DNA from: a virus
Reading direction: 5' to 3' (one strand)
Virus record (IMG/VR): IMGVR_UViG_3300045988_110372
Coordinates: 1-64,000 of that record
DNA length: 64,000 nt
Under the pieces are notes generated by a model. It had not been told where the DNA came from. It ran no database searches and saw nothing but the letters and a program-made list of their open reading frames with translations. The translations under genes were made by a program, and so were the position numbers. Shown here one piece after another: positions 45,515 to 54,497 of this stretch (positions are counted from its first letter, which is position 1; every line of letters begins with the position of its first letter).

Positions 45515-45946
45515 ATGAATTGCAACATGATTCAACCTGCGGTAATTACCGCTACGCTTGCGGCTGGCTCTACTACATCGCCTTACTATGCACAAGTAAA
45601 CATCTCACAGCGTTTGTGCTACAAGACATGTGCTGATGTAACTCCAGTATTCAATCCTCAGTTCTCGGTGGTTTCTTTGGATTCGGTAGGCACTAATCAG
45701 TATGTAGCTACTATCCATGTAGAAGGTATCATTTCTTATGTACCTTGTGGCGGTGGATGCTGCACTAAGCAACAGCCGTTATCGCAGAACTTCACAATTC
45801 CTATCTACTCTACAACCGCACTGACAGGCGCAACCGTAGCAGCAGGTAGCGTGGTAAATTCTGTAGCTGCTTCTGCTTGTCAGAATTGTAGCCGTGCATT
45901 TGTCAGCGAAACACCGCTTACAATCACAACAGCCACAGCAGGATAA
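45515..45946 (+). CDS. Cys-containing Ala/Thr/Ser/Val-rich protein (143 aa)
   Basis: It contains 'VPCGGGCCTKQQ' and 'ACQNCS'. The composition is low in charge and beta-rich. Confidence 0.55.
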   Translation: MNCNMIQPAVITATLAAGSTTSPYYAQVNISQRLCYKTCADVTPVFNPQFSVVSLDSVGTNQYVATIHVEGIISYVPCGGGCCTKQQPLSQNFTIPIYSTTALTGATVAAGSVVNSVAASACQNCSRAFVSETPLTITTATAG

Positions 45947-46224
45947 TGGGGTGGTTATTGATTGCTCTAATCTGTATGGTGGTGGGTGTGACAGCCCATC
46001 ACCTCGGATTGACGGAAGAAGCGGCAAAGATGGCGAGCAAGATAGCGAAGTGTCCTAAATGCTGTTCGTTTTGGCTCTCTCTGCTTGTACTATTATACAT
46101 TGGCTGCAACCCGTTTGTTTCTGTTGCACTTTCTTTGTTTGTCGCTTATCTTTCTTATTATTTCGGATTGATATTGATTCTATTACAAAAACTATATAAT
46201 TGGTTATGGCAAAAAGTAAATTGA
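45946..46224 (+). CDS. small membrane protein, 3 TM (92 aa), holin-like by topology only
   Basis: Its TM segments are 'WLLIALICMVVGV', 'FWLSLLVLLYIG' and 'ALSLFVAYLSYYFGLILILL'. It also has 'CPKCC'. The start overlaps the upstream stop as ATAATGG. Confidence 0.55.
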   Translation: MGWLLIALICMVVGVTAHHLGLTEEAAKMASKIAKCPKCCSFWLSLLVLLYIGCNPFVSVALSLFVAYLSYYFGLILILLQKLYNWLWQKVN

Positions 46225-46337
46225 AAACAGAAACAGAAGCAAATGTTTCGACAGAAAACGTAAAGCAGGTGTTTGTACCTATAAACAAGAAATACAAGCC
46301 TGTTCCTAAGTTTAACGGGAAATGCCCTAATTGTTAA
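46206..46337 (+). CDS. small protein (43 aa) ending in 'GKCPNC'
   Basis: Hand-translated ORF overlapping the end of the upstream gene. It is below the ORF-track cut-off. Confidence 0.3.
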   Translation: MAKSKLKTETEANVSTENVKQVFVPINKKYKPVPKFNGKCPNC

Positions 46338-46356
46338 AAACTAAAACTTATATATT

Positions 46357-46905
46357 ATGATGACAAAAGAACAAATGATAGACAGATACGAGGAATTGTA
46401 TCACAAGATGAAAACATCTAAGGATGTCAAGAATATGAAGGCTTTCGGAGATGCAATGACGTGGACTTTCGGTGAGTTGGCAAAAGTACATCCCGATATG
46501 GCTGAAAAGTTTTTATCGCACATAGAATGTATCGAGTGGGAGAATTTTTTATCACAAGATGAAGCAAAGAACATAGGCATGCGTATCGTAAATCAGGACG
46601 GTATAAAAGGCTTTCATTGGACTTATGACGTGTTTACAAAGGCAGTGGAAAGTCTTGGAGGTGTTGTAGAAGAAAAGCCTTACTACAACTCATACGCATT
46701 ATATGTGACTGCGTGCACAATCTATTCAGACCACGCTTTGAGCATTGCTATGGATTTGGGATATAAAGAGCCGAAAGAAGTGCCTAACGAGAAAATGGCT
46801 TTGTCATGCTATCGAAAGGCAGTTGAGAAACTGAAAGACATTGACGGTGGGTTTCAAGTCAGAAAATATTTCAAAGGAAAGATGTACGCAGATTCACCAA
46901 TGTGA
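46357..46905 (+). CDS. hypothetical protein (182 aa)
   Basis: Intact ORF. No motif recognised. Confidence 0.6.
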   Translation: MMTKEQMIDRYEELYHKMKTSKDVKNMKAFGDAMTWTFGELAKVHPDMAEKFLSHIECIEWENFLSQDEAKNIGMRIVNQDGIKGFHWTYDVFTKAVESLGGVVEEKPYYNSYALYVTACTIYSDHALSIAMDLGYKEPKEVPNEKMALSCYRKAVEKLKDIDGGFQVRKYFKGKMYADSPM

Positions 46906-47029
46906 TTTGAAGCGTATAGAAGATAAGTTAGACTTGATACTTGACAAACTTAACAGTATGAATGGAATAAAAGGCTTCGGAGTAAACGTATTGGCTAACA
47001 TTGTCGGAAATAGAATTGACGGACGATAA
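46841..47029 (+). CDS. possible small protein (start uncertain)
   Basis: The track start is a TTG inside the upstream gene. The 'RIEDKLDLILDKLNSMNGIKGFGVNVLANIV' segment is helix plus hydrophobic. The true start is unclear. Confidence 0.3.
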   Translation: MTVGFKSENISKERCTQIHQCDLKRIEDKLDLILDKLNSMNGIKGFGVNVLANIVGNRIDGR

Positions 47030-47207
47030 AAAGGTTATTATTATGTGCAACAATACATCATGCCCTGTATATCGTGAAGAACACGATGAAAGGCTGAATA
47101 TAGAGGAACGTATTAAGGAACTCTTAGGTGAACTTACAAGAGATTTACCCATGCAGGAGTTCATAATGATTAAGAAAGAAATTGAATACTACATTGACAA
47201 GTTATAA
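47001..47207 (+). CDS. hypothetical protein (68 aa)
   Basis: Intact ORF followed by a terminator. Confidence 0.45.
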   Translation: MSEIELTDDKKVIIMCNNTSCPVYREEHDERLNIEERIKELLGELTRDLPMQEFIMIKKEIEYYIDKL

Positions 47208-47213
47208 AAAGAA

Positions 47214-47239
47214 AAGGCTACCCGATTGAGAGTAGCCTT
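47214..47239. terminator. bidirectional intrinsic terminator
   Basis: The stem AAGGCTAC/GTAGCCTT (47214-21 with 47232-39) lies between convergent genes. Confidence 0.6.
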
Positions 47240-47250
47240 ACTTGTGTTAG

Positions 47251-47658
47251 TTATGCGTTTAATGCAAATGCTTTCTTTCTATTGTTACCGTCTTTCTTGT
47301 AAGAAACATGAATCCAAGCACCGTTGTTCTCAAACAAGCATTGGTCGAATGTAAGATTTTGCGTAATGTAGTCGTATAGCTTCTGATTTTCTTCCGTATT
47401 GTGTACGTCAATATCAGCAGCTTCACCTTTCACATGCTGGCTATTACTTACACCACCTACGGCTCTATTGAGAATTAGGTTTCTATATCCGCTATTCACG
47501 TAAATAGGTTTCCCATACCATTCTCTCAAAGGATCAAGAACATTTTCAATCAATGCTTCAAGGTTTTCTTTTACATCATCTGTTGGTGTATTGTCTATAC
47601 CTCTTGCGTTAGCTGTATCGGAATGACACAACTCTTTAATGTCGAAATATTTTCCCAT
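47251..47658 (-). CDS. peptidase M15-family cell-wall hydrolase (endolysin)
   Basis: 'SGYR...SQHVKGEAADIDV...WIHVS' gives the H-x6-D...H zinc triad of M15 (VanY/M15A-like) peptidases. Confidence 0.75.
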   Translation of the reverse strand: MGKYFDIKELCHSDTANARGIDNTPTDDVKENLEALIENVLDPLREWYGKPIYVNSGYRNLILNRAVGGVSNSQHVKGEAADIDVHNTEENQKLYDYITQNLTFDQCLFENNGAWIHVSYKKDGNNRKKAFALNA

Positions 47659-47663
47659 ATTAT

Positions 47664-48095
47664 TTATTGTTTAAATTGTTCTATCTTTATTGAACCATCA
47701 AAACGGTATTTACTTTTACATCTTTCCTTTTTGTATGGAATGAGATATACAATACGTTTAATACCGCTTTGAATAATATTTTTCAAGCATTGGTCGCAAG
47801 GCTCATGTGTGCAATACAAAGTACATCCATTAACAGATAAACCGTTCTTTGCGGCAAACATTAATGCGTTCATTTCGGCATGTATTTCGTGGCTATCAGA
47901 CCATTCAGAATGATTGTCACGTATAAACTCTTTGTCAATACATTCGTTGCAATTAAGGCTTCCGCTAATAGTGCCGTTATATCCCATTGAAATAATGCGG
48001 CTATCTTTTACAATAACCGCACCAACTTGTAGTGATACACATTTACTTTCCTTTGCAATAACCTTTGCTATCTCTATGAATGTAGATTCTTTCAT
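47664..48095 (-). CDS. dCMP deaminase (CMP/dCMP deaminase zinc-binding family)
   Basis: It has 'HAEMNAL' and 'PCDQC' motifs at the correct spacing. Confidence 0.85.
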   Translation of the reverse strand: MKESTFIEIAKVIAKESKCVSLQVGAVIVKDSRIISMGYNGTISGSLNCNECIDKEFIRDNHSEWSDSHEIHAEMNALMFAAKNGLSVNGCTLYCTHEPCDQCLKNIIQSGIKRIVYLIPYKKERCKSKYRFDGSIKIEQFKQ

Positions 48096-48616
48096 TTTCC
48101 GCTACTACCGAAGCCTCCCTCTCCACGTTCTGTTTCCGATAATTCAGAAACCTCTTCAAAATCAATAGGAAATGTAACACCAATTTTCATTTGTGCTATT
48201 TTATCCCCGACCTTATATCTCGGCATGTTTGGCATAACGTGATAGAATACAAGCATATATTCTCCAGTGTAACCTTCATCTCCAGTGGCTTGTGAATTGG
48301 CTAAGACCATACCAGTTTTCCAAATAGAGCTACGAGGACGGAAGTCTAATGACAGGGTTATAGGTGAATTATCAAAATCTACATTTTTGCTTGAATAAGT
48401 TCCATAGCAATTCCCATGTCTATCAACGCTAGCTATCCCTTCTTCGATAATTTCTATATCTCTATCAATCTGCATAGCAATACCAAGTCTGTATCTCCAT
48501 ACATTTGGTGCAATCTCTTCTTCTGATACAGCTACTACATCGTAACAAAAGTCTTTTTCGTATGCCTTAAACGGAATAACTGCATCTTTATGTAGTTTCT
48601 TAATATTTACTTTCAT
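48092..48616 (-). CDS. dut: dUTP diphosphatase (trimeric dUTPase with an insertion)
   Basis: dUTPase motifs present: 'PRSS', 'GDEGYTGE' and 'RGEGGFGSSG'. An insertion of about 40 aa follows motif 1. Confidence 0.85.
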   Translation of the reverse strand: MKVNIKKLHKDAVIPFKAYEKDFCYDVVAVSEEEIAPNVWRYRLGIAMQIDRDIEIIEEGIASVDRHGNCYGTYSSKNVDFDNSPITLSLDFRPRSSIWKTGMVLANSQATGDEGYTGEYMLVFYHVMPNMPRYKVGDKIAQMKIGVTFPIDFEEVSELSETERGEGGFGSSGK

Positions 48617-48879
48617 TTCAATTCCTCCTTCAATTCGTTAGATGTTCTTGTTCCTGCAATACGTTTGATTACTCTGTTTTTCTCAATAACAAGGATTGTA
48701 GGCACGTTTCTTACCTGATATTTGCTTGACATATCTACTCCCCAATCGGATTCACAGTCCACATCAGTAAACTTCATGTTTTCAGACTTCATTTCCTTTG
48801 CTACTTCACCGAACACCTGTGCCATCTTAGGACAGCTTTTACACCAATAAGCGTGGAAGAACATAACTTCTTTTTTCAT
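48613..48879 (-). CDS. thioredoxin-fold protein
   Basis: 88 aa with an 'AYWCKSCPK' (WCxxC) active site and 'VPT' (cis-Pro region). Confidence 0.8.
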   Translation of the reverse strand: MKKEVMFFHAYWCKSCPKMAQVFGEVAKEMKSENMKFTDVDCESDWGVDMSSKYQVRNVPTILVIEKNRVIKRIAGTRTSNELKEELK

Positions 48880-48890
48880 CTTTTGTAAAT

Positions 48891-49742
48891 TTATTGTTTA
48901 TAAAAATCCTTTGCCTTAAACAAGGCATTGTTAATTATATCTCTGTTTGTTAAAGTCTTGTCAAGGTCACGATATGCTTTCATTACATTGTCGCATTTGT
49001 TCAGGTCAAGTTTGCCGCATTTTCTTGAAACCCAATTACTGAAATTCTCTGCCACACGAAGCATATCAAGCATCTTATACTGACGCAAATGTACGGAATC
49101 TTTTTTGAATTTCAAACATTCCTGCACTCTATTTTCTACGTTTTTAACAGAATACCCTACTATCGTCCGTACTATCTCGGCTAAAGCTATGAAGTATGAA
49201 TTTTCTGCACCTATACTGTCTAAAGCTGACTTCATTTCGTTTATGAACGTATCAAGTTTAGGCTGCACGCTTTCATCCATGTATGAGTTATATTCTGCCA
49301 AAAAATCCATATTTTCAGGAAGAATACCTGATATAAGACTTTCGTACAGTTTTTGTCTTTTCTCCAAAGCACCGAATATCTTCTGTGTTTCCTTGTCCTG
49401 ATTCTTGATAAAGTCTTTCATCTGTATGATACATGCACAAGCTAGGTCGTTTACATACATGATGTTGTAGATAGAAGTAGTGACTACATAGTTTCCGTCT
49501 ATCGGGCGTACTTTATAAAACTCACACTTGCGGAAAGTGTCTACATAGTGGAATTTTACTTCGGGTGTATCTGCTGACTTCGATTTATAGCTGTTGTATT
49601 TAAAGCAATTTTCGCAGTTCTTGCACTGCTCGTATGTTTTACTTGATTTCTTGTAAAACTGTCCGCTACACACGCTTCTGACATCTAAATTAGCTTCTCT
49701 GTAAACGGCTTCTTTTGCTTCTCTTTGTTTTTCGTTACTCAT
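48891..49742 (-). CDS. hypothetical protein (283 aa)
   Basis: Intact ORF with an N-terminal Cys cluster 'CSGQ...CKNCENC'. Confidence 0.6.
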   Translation of the reverse strand: MSNEKQREAKEAVYREANLDVRSVCSGQFYKKSSKTYEQCKNCENCFKYNSYKSKSADTPEVKFHYVDTFRKCEFYKVRPIDGNYVVTTSIYNIMYVNDLACACIIQMKDFIKNQDKETQKIFGALEKRQKLYESLISGILPENMDFLAEYNSYMDESVQPKLDTFINEMKSALDSIGAENSYFIALAEIVRTIVGYSVKNVENRVQECLKFKKDSVHLRQYKMLDMLRVAENFSNWVSRKCGKLDLNKCDNVMKAYRDLDKTLTNRDIINNALFKAKDFYKQ

Positions 49743-50209
49743 AACATCTTATCAAATTCGTCAAACAATTTATCTTCTTGTTCTCTTTCTTTTTTGAGTA
49801 TTTCGCACTCGTTCGGCATTGCACAATCACATCGTTTGATTATTTCTTCTCTCTTTTCTTTGCGCATCATACGTACTTTCTTTTCGTAGTACATTTTCTT
49901 GCCTGTCTTTTCGCATATAAAGTCTGTAATGTATAGGCTACCGTCACAATTACCGTCATCTTTTGTGCATTCCGCATACCCATAATTGTTATAATCTACA
50001 TCGTAATATTTGCAACGCTTACATCTTTTACCTTCTGAATCTTCTATTTTACGGCTTTCGACTTTCAGATATTCACACGAAGCGCAATCAGTCCAATTCT
50101 TTGGATTTTTCTTGCAGTTCATTTCGTGTACTACCATTCCACCTTTGCCTAAAGAAAGTTTTCCGCAAAATTCGCATTGATATACTTTCTTATCTGTTAT
50201 AGTTTTCAT
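49739..50209 (-). CDS. Cys-rich zinc-finger protein (156 aa)
   Basis: Several CxxC pairs: 'CEFCG', 'CASCEY', 'CKRCKY'. Confidence 0.6.
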   Translation of the reverse strand: MKTITDKKVYQCEFCGKLSLGKGGMVVHEMNCKKNPKNWTDCASCEYLKVESRKIEDSEGKRCKRCKYYDVDYNNYGYAECTKDDGNCDGSLYITDFICEKTGKKMYYEKKVRMMRKEKREEIIKRCDCAMPNECEILKKEREQEDKLFDEFDKML

Positions 50210-50652
50210 AACTCTTTTATTTCTAAATCACCTCTTGTTATCAATCTTATTCCGTTTTGTAATTCATGCAGATATTGGAAGTCAAATCCTCCGATAGAAG
50301 AATGTTTTTCGTTGTCTATCTGACAATACCAGTCACGGCATAAATAATTGGATATGTATGATATTCTCAAGAAACATTTGTTTACTACTTTATGATACTC
50401 AAAAATATCCATTCCGTAGAACTTTGAAAGATCCTTGTCGAACTCTTTTTCAAATCCGGATTTTACTAGAATTGAATCTTCTACTTCTATCGGTGTCATA
50501 TATTCATCTATTCCGTCAATCGGATCAGCTTCATTGCCTTCAAAGTTTAGATAGCAATAATCTTCTCCTATTCCTACTACTTGCATTGGGTATTTAGTGT
50601 ATTTACTATTGTAAACCCAATCTCCTATCATCAGATCTTTGTAGTTTATCAT
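50206..50652 (-). CDS. hypothetical protein (148 aa)
   Basis: Intact ORF. No motif recognised. Confidence 0.6.
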   Translation of the reverse strand: MINYKDLMIGDWVYNSKYTKYPMQVVGIGEDYCYLNFEGNEADPIDGIDEYMTPIEVEDSILVKSGFEKEFDKDLSKFYGMDIFEYHKVVNKCFLRISYISNYLCRDWYCQIDNEKHSSIGGFDFQYLHELQNGIRLITRGDLEIKEL

Positions 50653-50754
50653 ATCTCATTGTTTTATTAGTTTCACACCACAAAGATACGTTATAAGTTT
50701 TAAACTTACAACTTTTAGATAGAAAATAATCGGGGAATTTTTACCCCGACTATC

Positions 50755-51243
50755 TTATAGATTCTTTCTTCGTGCGTATTCAGCTATTAATAAGCCATCT
50801 CTATCAGGATGTTTTACTTCTTCAAATTGAGGAAATAGTCTGTTCCCAATATCCAAAGACGCTTTCTTTAATTCTTCGCCACTGCAACCTTTTGGGAGCA
50901 TTGCTTTCTGCCATTCCTTAGAATCTATGAACATGTGCTTACAACCAAGCAATTCTATCATTATCAATTCTGCTTCATGGCAGCGTAATGCTGATGCGGT
51001 AGCAACGAACCTCTGCGGGTTCACCATAGCTCGTTCCATTACTACACAAACATCGTTTTTATTCAGCCCGCTAAATAATTCCATAAACTTTGAATAGTCA
51101 AGTCTTGTAATTATTTTCTTATCTTTCGTGTAGTCTTGTTCTTTCTTCACAGGTGTCTTAACGAACACAGGGTCTATACCTTCGCCAACGATACCTATTG
51201 TCCCGCTAATGCCGTTATCTATTCCAACGTAAATCTTACTCAT
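50755..51243 (-). CDS. RuvC-like Holliday junction resolvase (RNase H fold)
   Basis: It has 'IYVGIDNGISG', 'VVMERA' and 'DRDGLLIAEYA' acidic motifs. I chose the ATG at 51243, which forms an ATGAGTAA overlap, over the track start at 51285. Confidence 0.65.
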   Translation of the reverse strand: MSKIYVGIDNGISGTIGIVGEGIDPVFVKTPVKKEQDYTKDKKIITRLDYSKFMELFSGLNKNDVCVVMERAMVNPQRFVATASALRCHEAELIMIELLGCKHMFIDSKEWQKAMLPKGCSGEELKKASLDIGNRLFPQFEEVKHPDRDGLLIAEYARRKNL

Positions 51244-51628
51244 TCTTATATCCCTCCTTCCCAACTTTAATATGCAAGAAATCAAGACTTGTCATTTGAG
51301 GATATACTCCGTACCACTTTTTCAAGAAAGTCCAAGCATCAAGGTTATAAAGACACTTTATATCTTCTTCAAGTGATACGATACTTTTACTATCCCATTC
51401 GAATACTTTTGCGGTTATATTGTCGGCAAATAATAAGTATTTGTCGCCTTTAGACAACACGAATCCGCAGTTGTTCTGTATAGCAAGCAAAGGGACAATT
51501 ACCTCTTCTTGAAATCTGTGCGCTATCTTGTATGTATTTTCACTGTTATTATCCATAGACATATCTGTTATATCGAAAACTCCCAATCGGTTTAACAATC
51601 GGATTGCTTCACCTAGCGTTTGTGCCAT
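51236..51628 (-). CDS. hypothetical protein (130 aa)
   Basis: Intact ORF. No motif recognised. Confidence 0.55.
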   Translation of the reverse strand: MAQTLGEAIRLLNRLGVFDITDMSMDNNSENTYKIAHRFQEEVIVPLLAIQNNCGFVLSKGDKYLLFADNITAKVFEWDSKSIVSLEEDIKCLYNLDAWTFLKKWYGVYPQMTSLDFLHIKVGKEGYKNE

Positions 51629-52347
51629 TAGAAATCCTCTGAATTTAGTTCAACTTTTACGTTTTTATCCGCTATAATCGGTCTTATCCCAACTTCTTCA
51701 AATACCATCTTCTGAAATAACTTCTCGTCACTTTGTCCGTCAGATAAATGTACAAGCATCAAAGTTCTAAGTTCGGGATTTATGTTTCGCTTAATAGCTT
51801 CGATTGTTTGATTTATCTCCATGTGAAACTCGTTGTGAGAACGTATTTCCTGATTCCGGCATAGATTGTCTATCATTAAATCCTCGCTGTAATTCCCTTC
51901 GATAAGCAAATGATTCAGACCTTTTATCTTATAAGGAAAGCTGACCGCATCCGTGCAAAAGACTAAACTTCCGAACTCTTTATGAGTAATCAAAAAGGAA
52001 TAATTCTCACAATTATGATGAACAGGCAAAGCCATAACAACAAAAACACCAATCTTGTACTGAACTTTTGGCTTCAATACTTTTACTCCTTGATATTTGT
52101 CGGCTACTTCTTGGTTTGAGTAGATAGGTATTTGCTTTTGAAGCATTTGTTTTATGGACTTTGAATGGTCTCCATGAAGATGCGTGACAAGGGCATAACA
52201 TTGTGATACATTATGGTTTAAGCCCTCCATAATATCTTTGTATTTGCAGCCTAAATCAAGAAGCAGGCGTTCATTACCTGCTTCAAGAATATAAGTGTTT
52301 CCTTGTTGACTACCACTACCAATTACCTTTAGTGTTGCCATAATCAA
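51628..52347 (-). CDS. metallo-beta-lactamase-fold nuclease (likely RecT partner exonuclease)
   Basis: It has the 'VTHLHGDHS' (HxHxDH) motif and lies immediately downstream of the recT-like gene. Confidence 0.7.
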   Translation of the reverse strand: MIMATLKVIGSGSQQGNTYILEAGNERLLLDLGCKYKDIMEGLNHNVSQCYALVTHLHGDHSKSIKQMLQKQIPIYSNQEVADKYQGVKVLKPKVQYKIGVFVVMALPVHHNCENYSFLITHKEFGSLVFCTDAVSFPYKIKGLNHLLIEGNYSEDLMIDNLCRNQEIRSHNEFHMEINQTIEAIKRNINPELRTLMLVHLSDGQSDEKLFQKMVFEEVGIRPIIADKNVKVELNSEDF

Positions 52348-53189
52348 AATTCAGGTTCATTCTTCTTTTCTTCGGCTGGCTGAATTACCTCGCCCGTCTG
52401 AACGTCTACAACTTCACCTTCTTCTGTTTTGATTTCTTCGGCTTCTGCGTCAATTACCTGCTGTGTAAATTCAGGCTGTTTGTCACCTGCAAGCATCGTA
52501 TCATCATCGTCATTAAAGGTAATACCTACCGCTTTTACATTTGCATTCACAAGTGATTTTGTACTTTTTTTGATGATAGAACGGAATATCATGTCGCGCT
52601 CGAACTCTTTTGCAACCGCACAACCGTTAGATGATTTTTTCCAACTAGTAAGCCATTCCCTTTTAGTCATAATATAGACTTCTGTATCACCTTTATCGTC
52701 TGTAACGTAAGTATATGCAGCAATAATAGGCTTATCAAGATTTTCAAGACTTGTTTCGTGCTTCTTGATAACAGTCTGACCGTTTTCTACGTTTACACCG
52801 ATTTCAAATACATCATCTTCGTGAACGTACTGAACAATAGGTTTATAGTTTTTACTTGCTCTTTTGGCACGAGCAATACGACCATAAACAGATTCCATCG
52901 TAGTCATAGTATTTTGACGAGGGATGAAGTAAATTTGGTTCTCTGAAAAGTCTAAGCCTTTGCAACAAGCGTCAATCAAACACTGAATAATACTTGCTTG
53001 TGATACTACTTCAAGCACTGGTTTACCGCCCACTTTCATGTCGTTAAGCATCAAACGGGCTTTCTTTAAGCTGTTAGCCGGGTTGAAGCCATCGGGCAAT
53101 ACCATACCCAAATCCATATACTGATTAATCTTTGCTAATGCAACTTCTTCTACCAATGTAGATTTTGCTAATTCATTTTTGTTTGCCAT
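52344..53189 (-). CDS. recT: RecT-family single-strand annealing protein
   Basis: The overall pattern 'SIIQCLIDACCKGLDFSENQIYFIP...YGRIARAKR...VHEDDVFE...AAYTYV...' and the acidic C-terminal tail match my recollection of RecT. Confidence 0.65.
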   Translation of the reverse strand: MANKNELAKSTLVEEVALAKINQYMDLGMVLPDGFNPANSLKKARLMLNDMKVGGKPVLEVVSQASIIQCLIDACCKGLDFSENQIYFIPRQNTMTTMESVYGRIARAKRASKNYKPIVQYVHEDDVFEIGVNVENGQTVIKKHETSLENLDKPIIAAYTYVTDDKGDTEVYIMTKREWLTSWKKSSNGCAVAKEFERDMIFRSIIKKSTKSLVNANVKAVGITFNDDDDTMLAGDKQPEFTQQVIDAEAEEIKTEEGEVVDVQTGEVIQPAEEKKNEPEF

Positions 53190-53201
53190 AATAATTAATG
53201 T

Positions 53202-53972
53202 TTATCGTTTGTATCTGAATATATAGTCATTCACATTATTTACTTTACCTCTACAATTTAAGCCGATGGAGGTTGCGCATAAGTTTAACTTTCTTCCAGC
53301 GTCTGCTATTGATTCATAATCACATACATAATCACCATTTAAAAGAAAGCACGAAACAGGCTGTTTATTAAAATCTTGGTATTCTTCAAATTTGTCATTT
53401 TTGTTTGCTTCATTCCTCCAAATAAATTTATTCGCTGATTTCGCTAACCCACACAAACAATTACTTATAGAGCTTCTATTTGTGTTAGTTGCTCGATAAG
53501 CCTCTAATACCGAGTTAAATCCCGCAATAAATTCACCGTTTAAAGAATATTGGTAAACTTTTGTTGAATTGCAATACTTCCTGCTTCCATATTTTAAATT
53601 ATAAGAATACGTGCAATGCTCTAAATTTTCAGCTCTGTTGTCTGATTTTATTTCATTTTTATGATTTACGCATGGATGATTGTTAGGATTTGGTATAAAT
53701 ACGTCAGCGACACACTGATGTGATGAAATTCTTATCTTTTCTCCTTTTAAATTAGAGATACGACAAGATAGATACCCCTGCCAATTCGGGAATTGTTTAA
53801 TAATTCTTTCTCTGTGCTTTCGCTTAGTATTACCAAACTTTCTGATAGAAGCAAGAGCTTTTATCCTACCCATATTGCTTACCATATATAGGTTATCGCA
53901 ATCAGGTATAAACCTCCATTCCTCATTAGGAAGGTTTTCTAAACTTAGATTTTTGTAAATTTCTGTTTCCAT
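53202..53972 (-). CDS. free-standing HNH homing endonuclease (NUMOD4 / HNH_3 type)
   Basis: It has 'EEWRFIPDCDNLYMVSNMGRI', 'HQCVADVF...VNHKNEIKSDNRAENLEHC' and IENR-like C-terminal repeats. Confidence 0.8.
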   Translation of the reverse strand: METEIYKNLSLENLPNEEWRFIPDCDNLYMVSNMGRIKALASIRKFGNTKRKHRERIIKQFPNWQGYLSCRISNLKGEKIRISSHQCVADVFIPNPNNHPCVNHKNEIKSDNRAENLEHCTYSYNLKYGSRKYCNSTKVYQYSLNGEFIAGFNSVLEAYRATNTNRSSISNCLCGLAKSANKFIWRNEANKNDKFEEYQDFNKQPVSCFLLNGDYVCDYESIADAGRKLNLCATSIGLNCRGKVNNVNDYIFRYKR

Positions 53973-54117
53973 TTTCTGATGGTTTTAAAAGTTATTCTGA
54001 TGGGAAAGTGAAGTAGGGAAGAACCCATCAGATTTATTCTTATTATCGGCTCATGACTTCCGACTATCCCTACCCCACAAAGTTACAAAATATTTAGATA
54101 ATCTCCAACAGATTTGT

Positions 54118-54495
54118 CTATTTAATCTCACGGAGAGTTAAGTCCTCCATACCTTGCTTGATGTATTCCTGCATCTTCTTGTTGGCTTCGTTCATGTCGG
54201 CAGCAAACAAGGCTACTACCCATGACTTTTCTTTTTCCTTACCTTTCTCGTCTACATAAGTAGAGATAAGTTTCGCCTTGAAAATAGGAGTATCTTCCTT
54301 CTTTTCGTTTACTACTTCAATAACAGAAGAGCGTTTCATTGCTACGATATCCGCTTCACTATTATACAATTCCAGCCCACGTTGTTCGACTTCGCTCCAC
54401 AATTCAGCATTTTCTACCAAGAAGCTTTCTTTTACTTCCTTGTCCTTGCCTTTGTTATCTTGTTTTGTTACTTTAAGAGTTACTTCGTAATACAT
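54118..54495 (-). CDS. hypothetical protein (125 aa)
   Basis: Intact ORF rich in Lys and Glu. Confidence 0.55.
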   Translation of the reverse strand: MYYEVTLKVTKQDNKGKDKEVKESFLVENAELWSEVEQRGLELYNSEADIVAMKRSSVIEVVNEKKEDTPIFKAKLISTYVDEKGKEKEKSWVVALFAADMNEANKKMQEYIKQGMEDLTLREIK

Positions 54496-54497
54496 AA

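Noticed and set aside
53973-54117. The structured region upstream of the HNH gene at 53202-53972 has the stem CTGATGGG/CCCATCAG and a 'GGGATAGTC' string. I considered a second group I intron hosting the HNH ORF.
   Set aside because: Only 12 nt separate the HNH stop from the recT start, which leaves no room for a 3' intron half. No P/Q/R/S set could be found. The hairpin is better explained as the terminator of 54118-54495.
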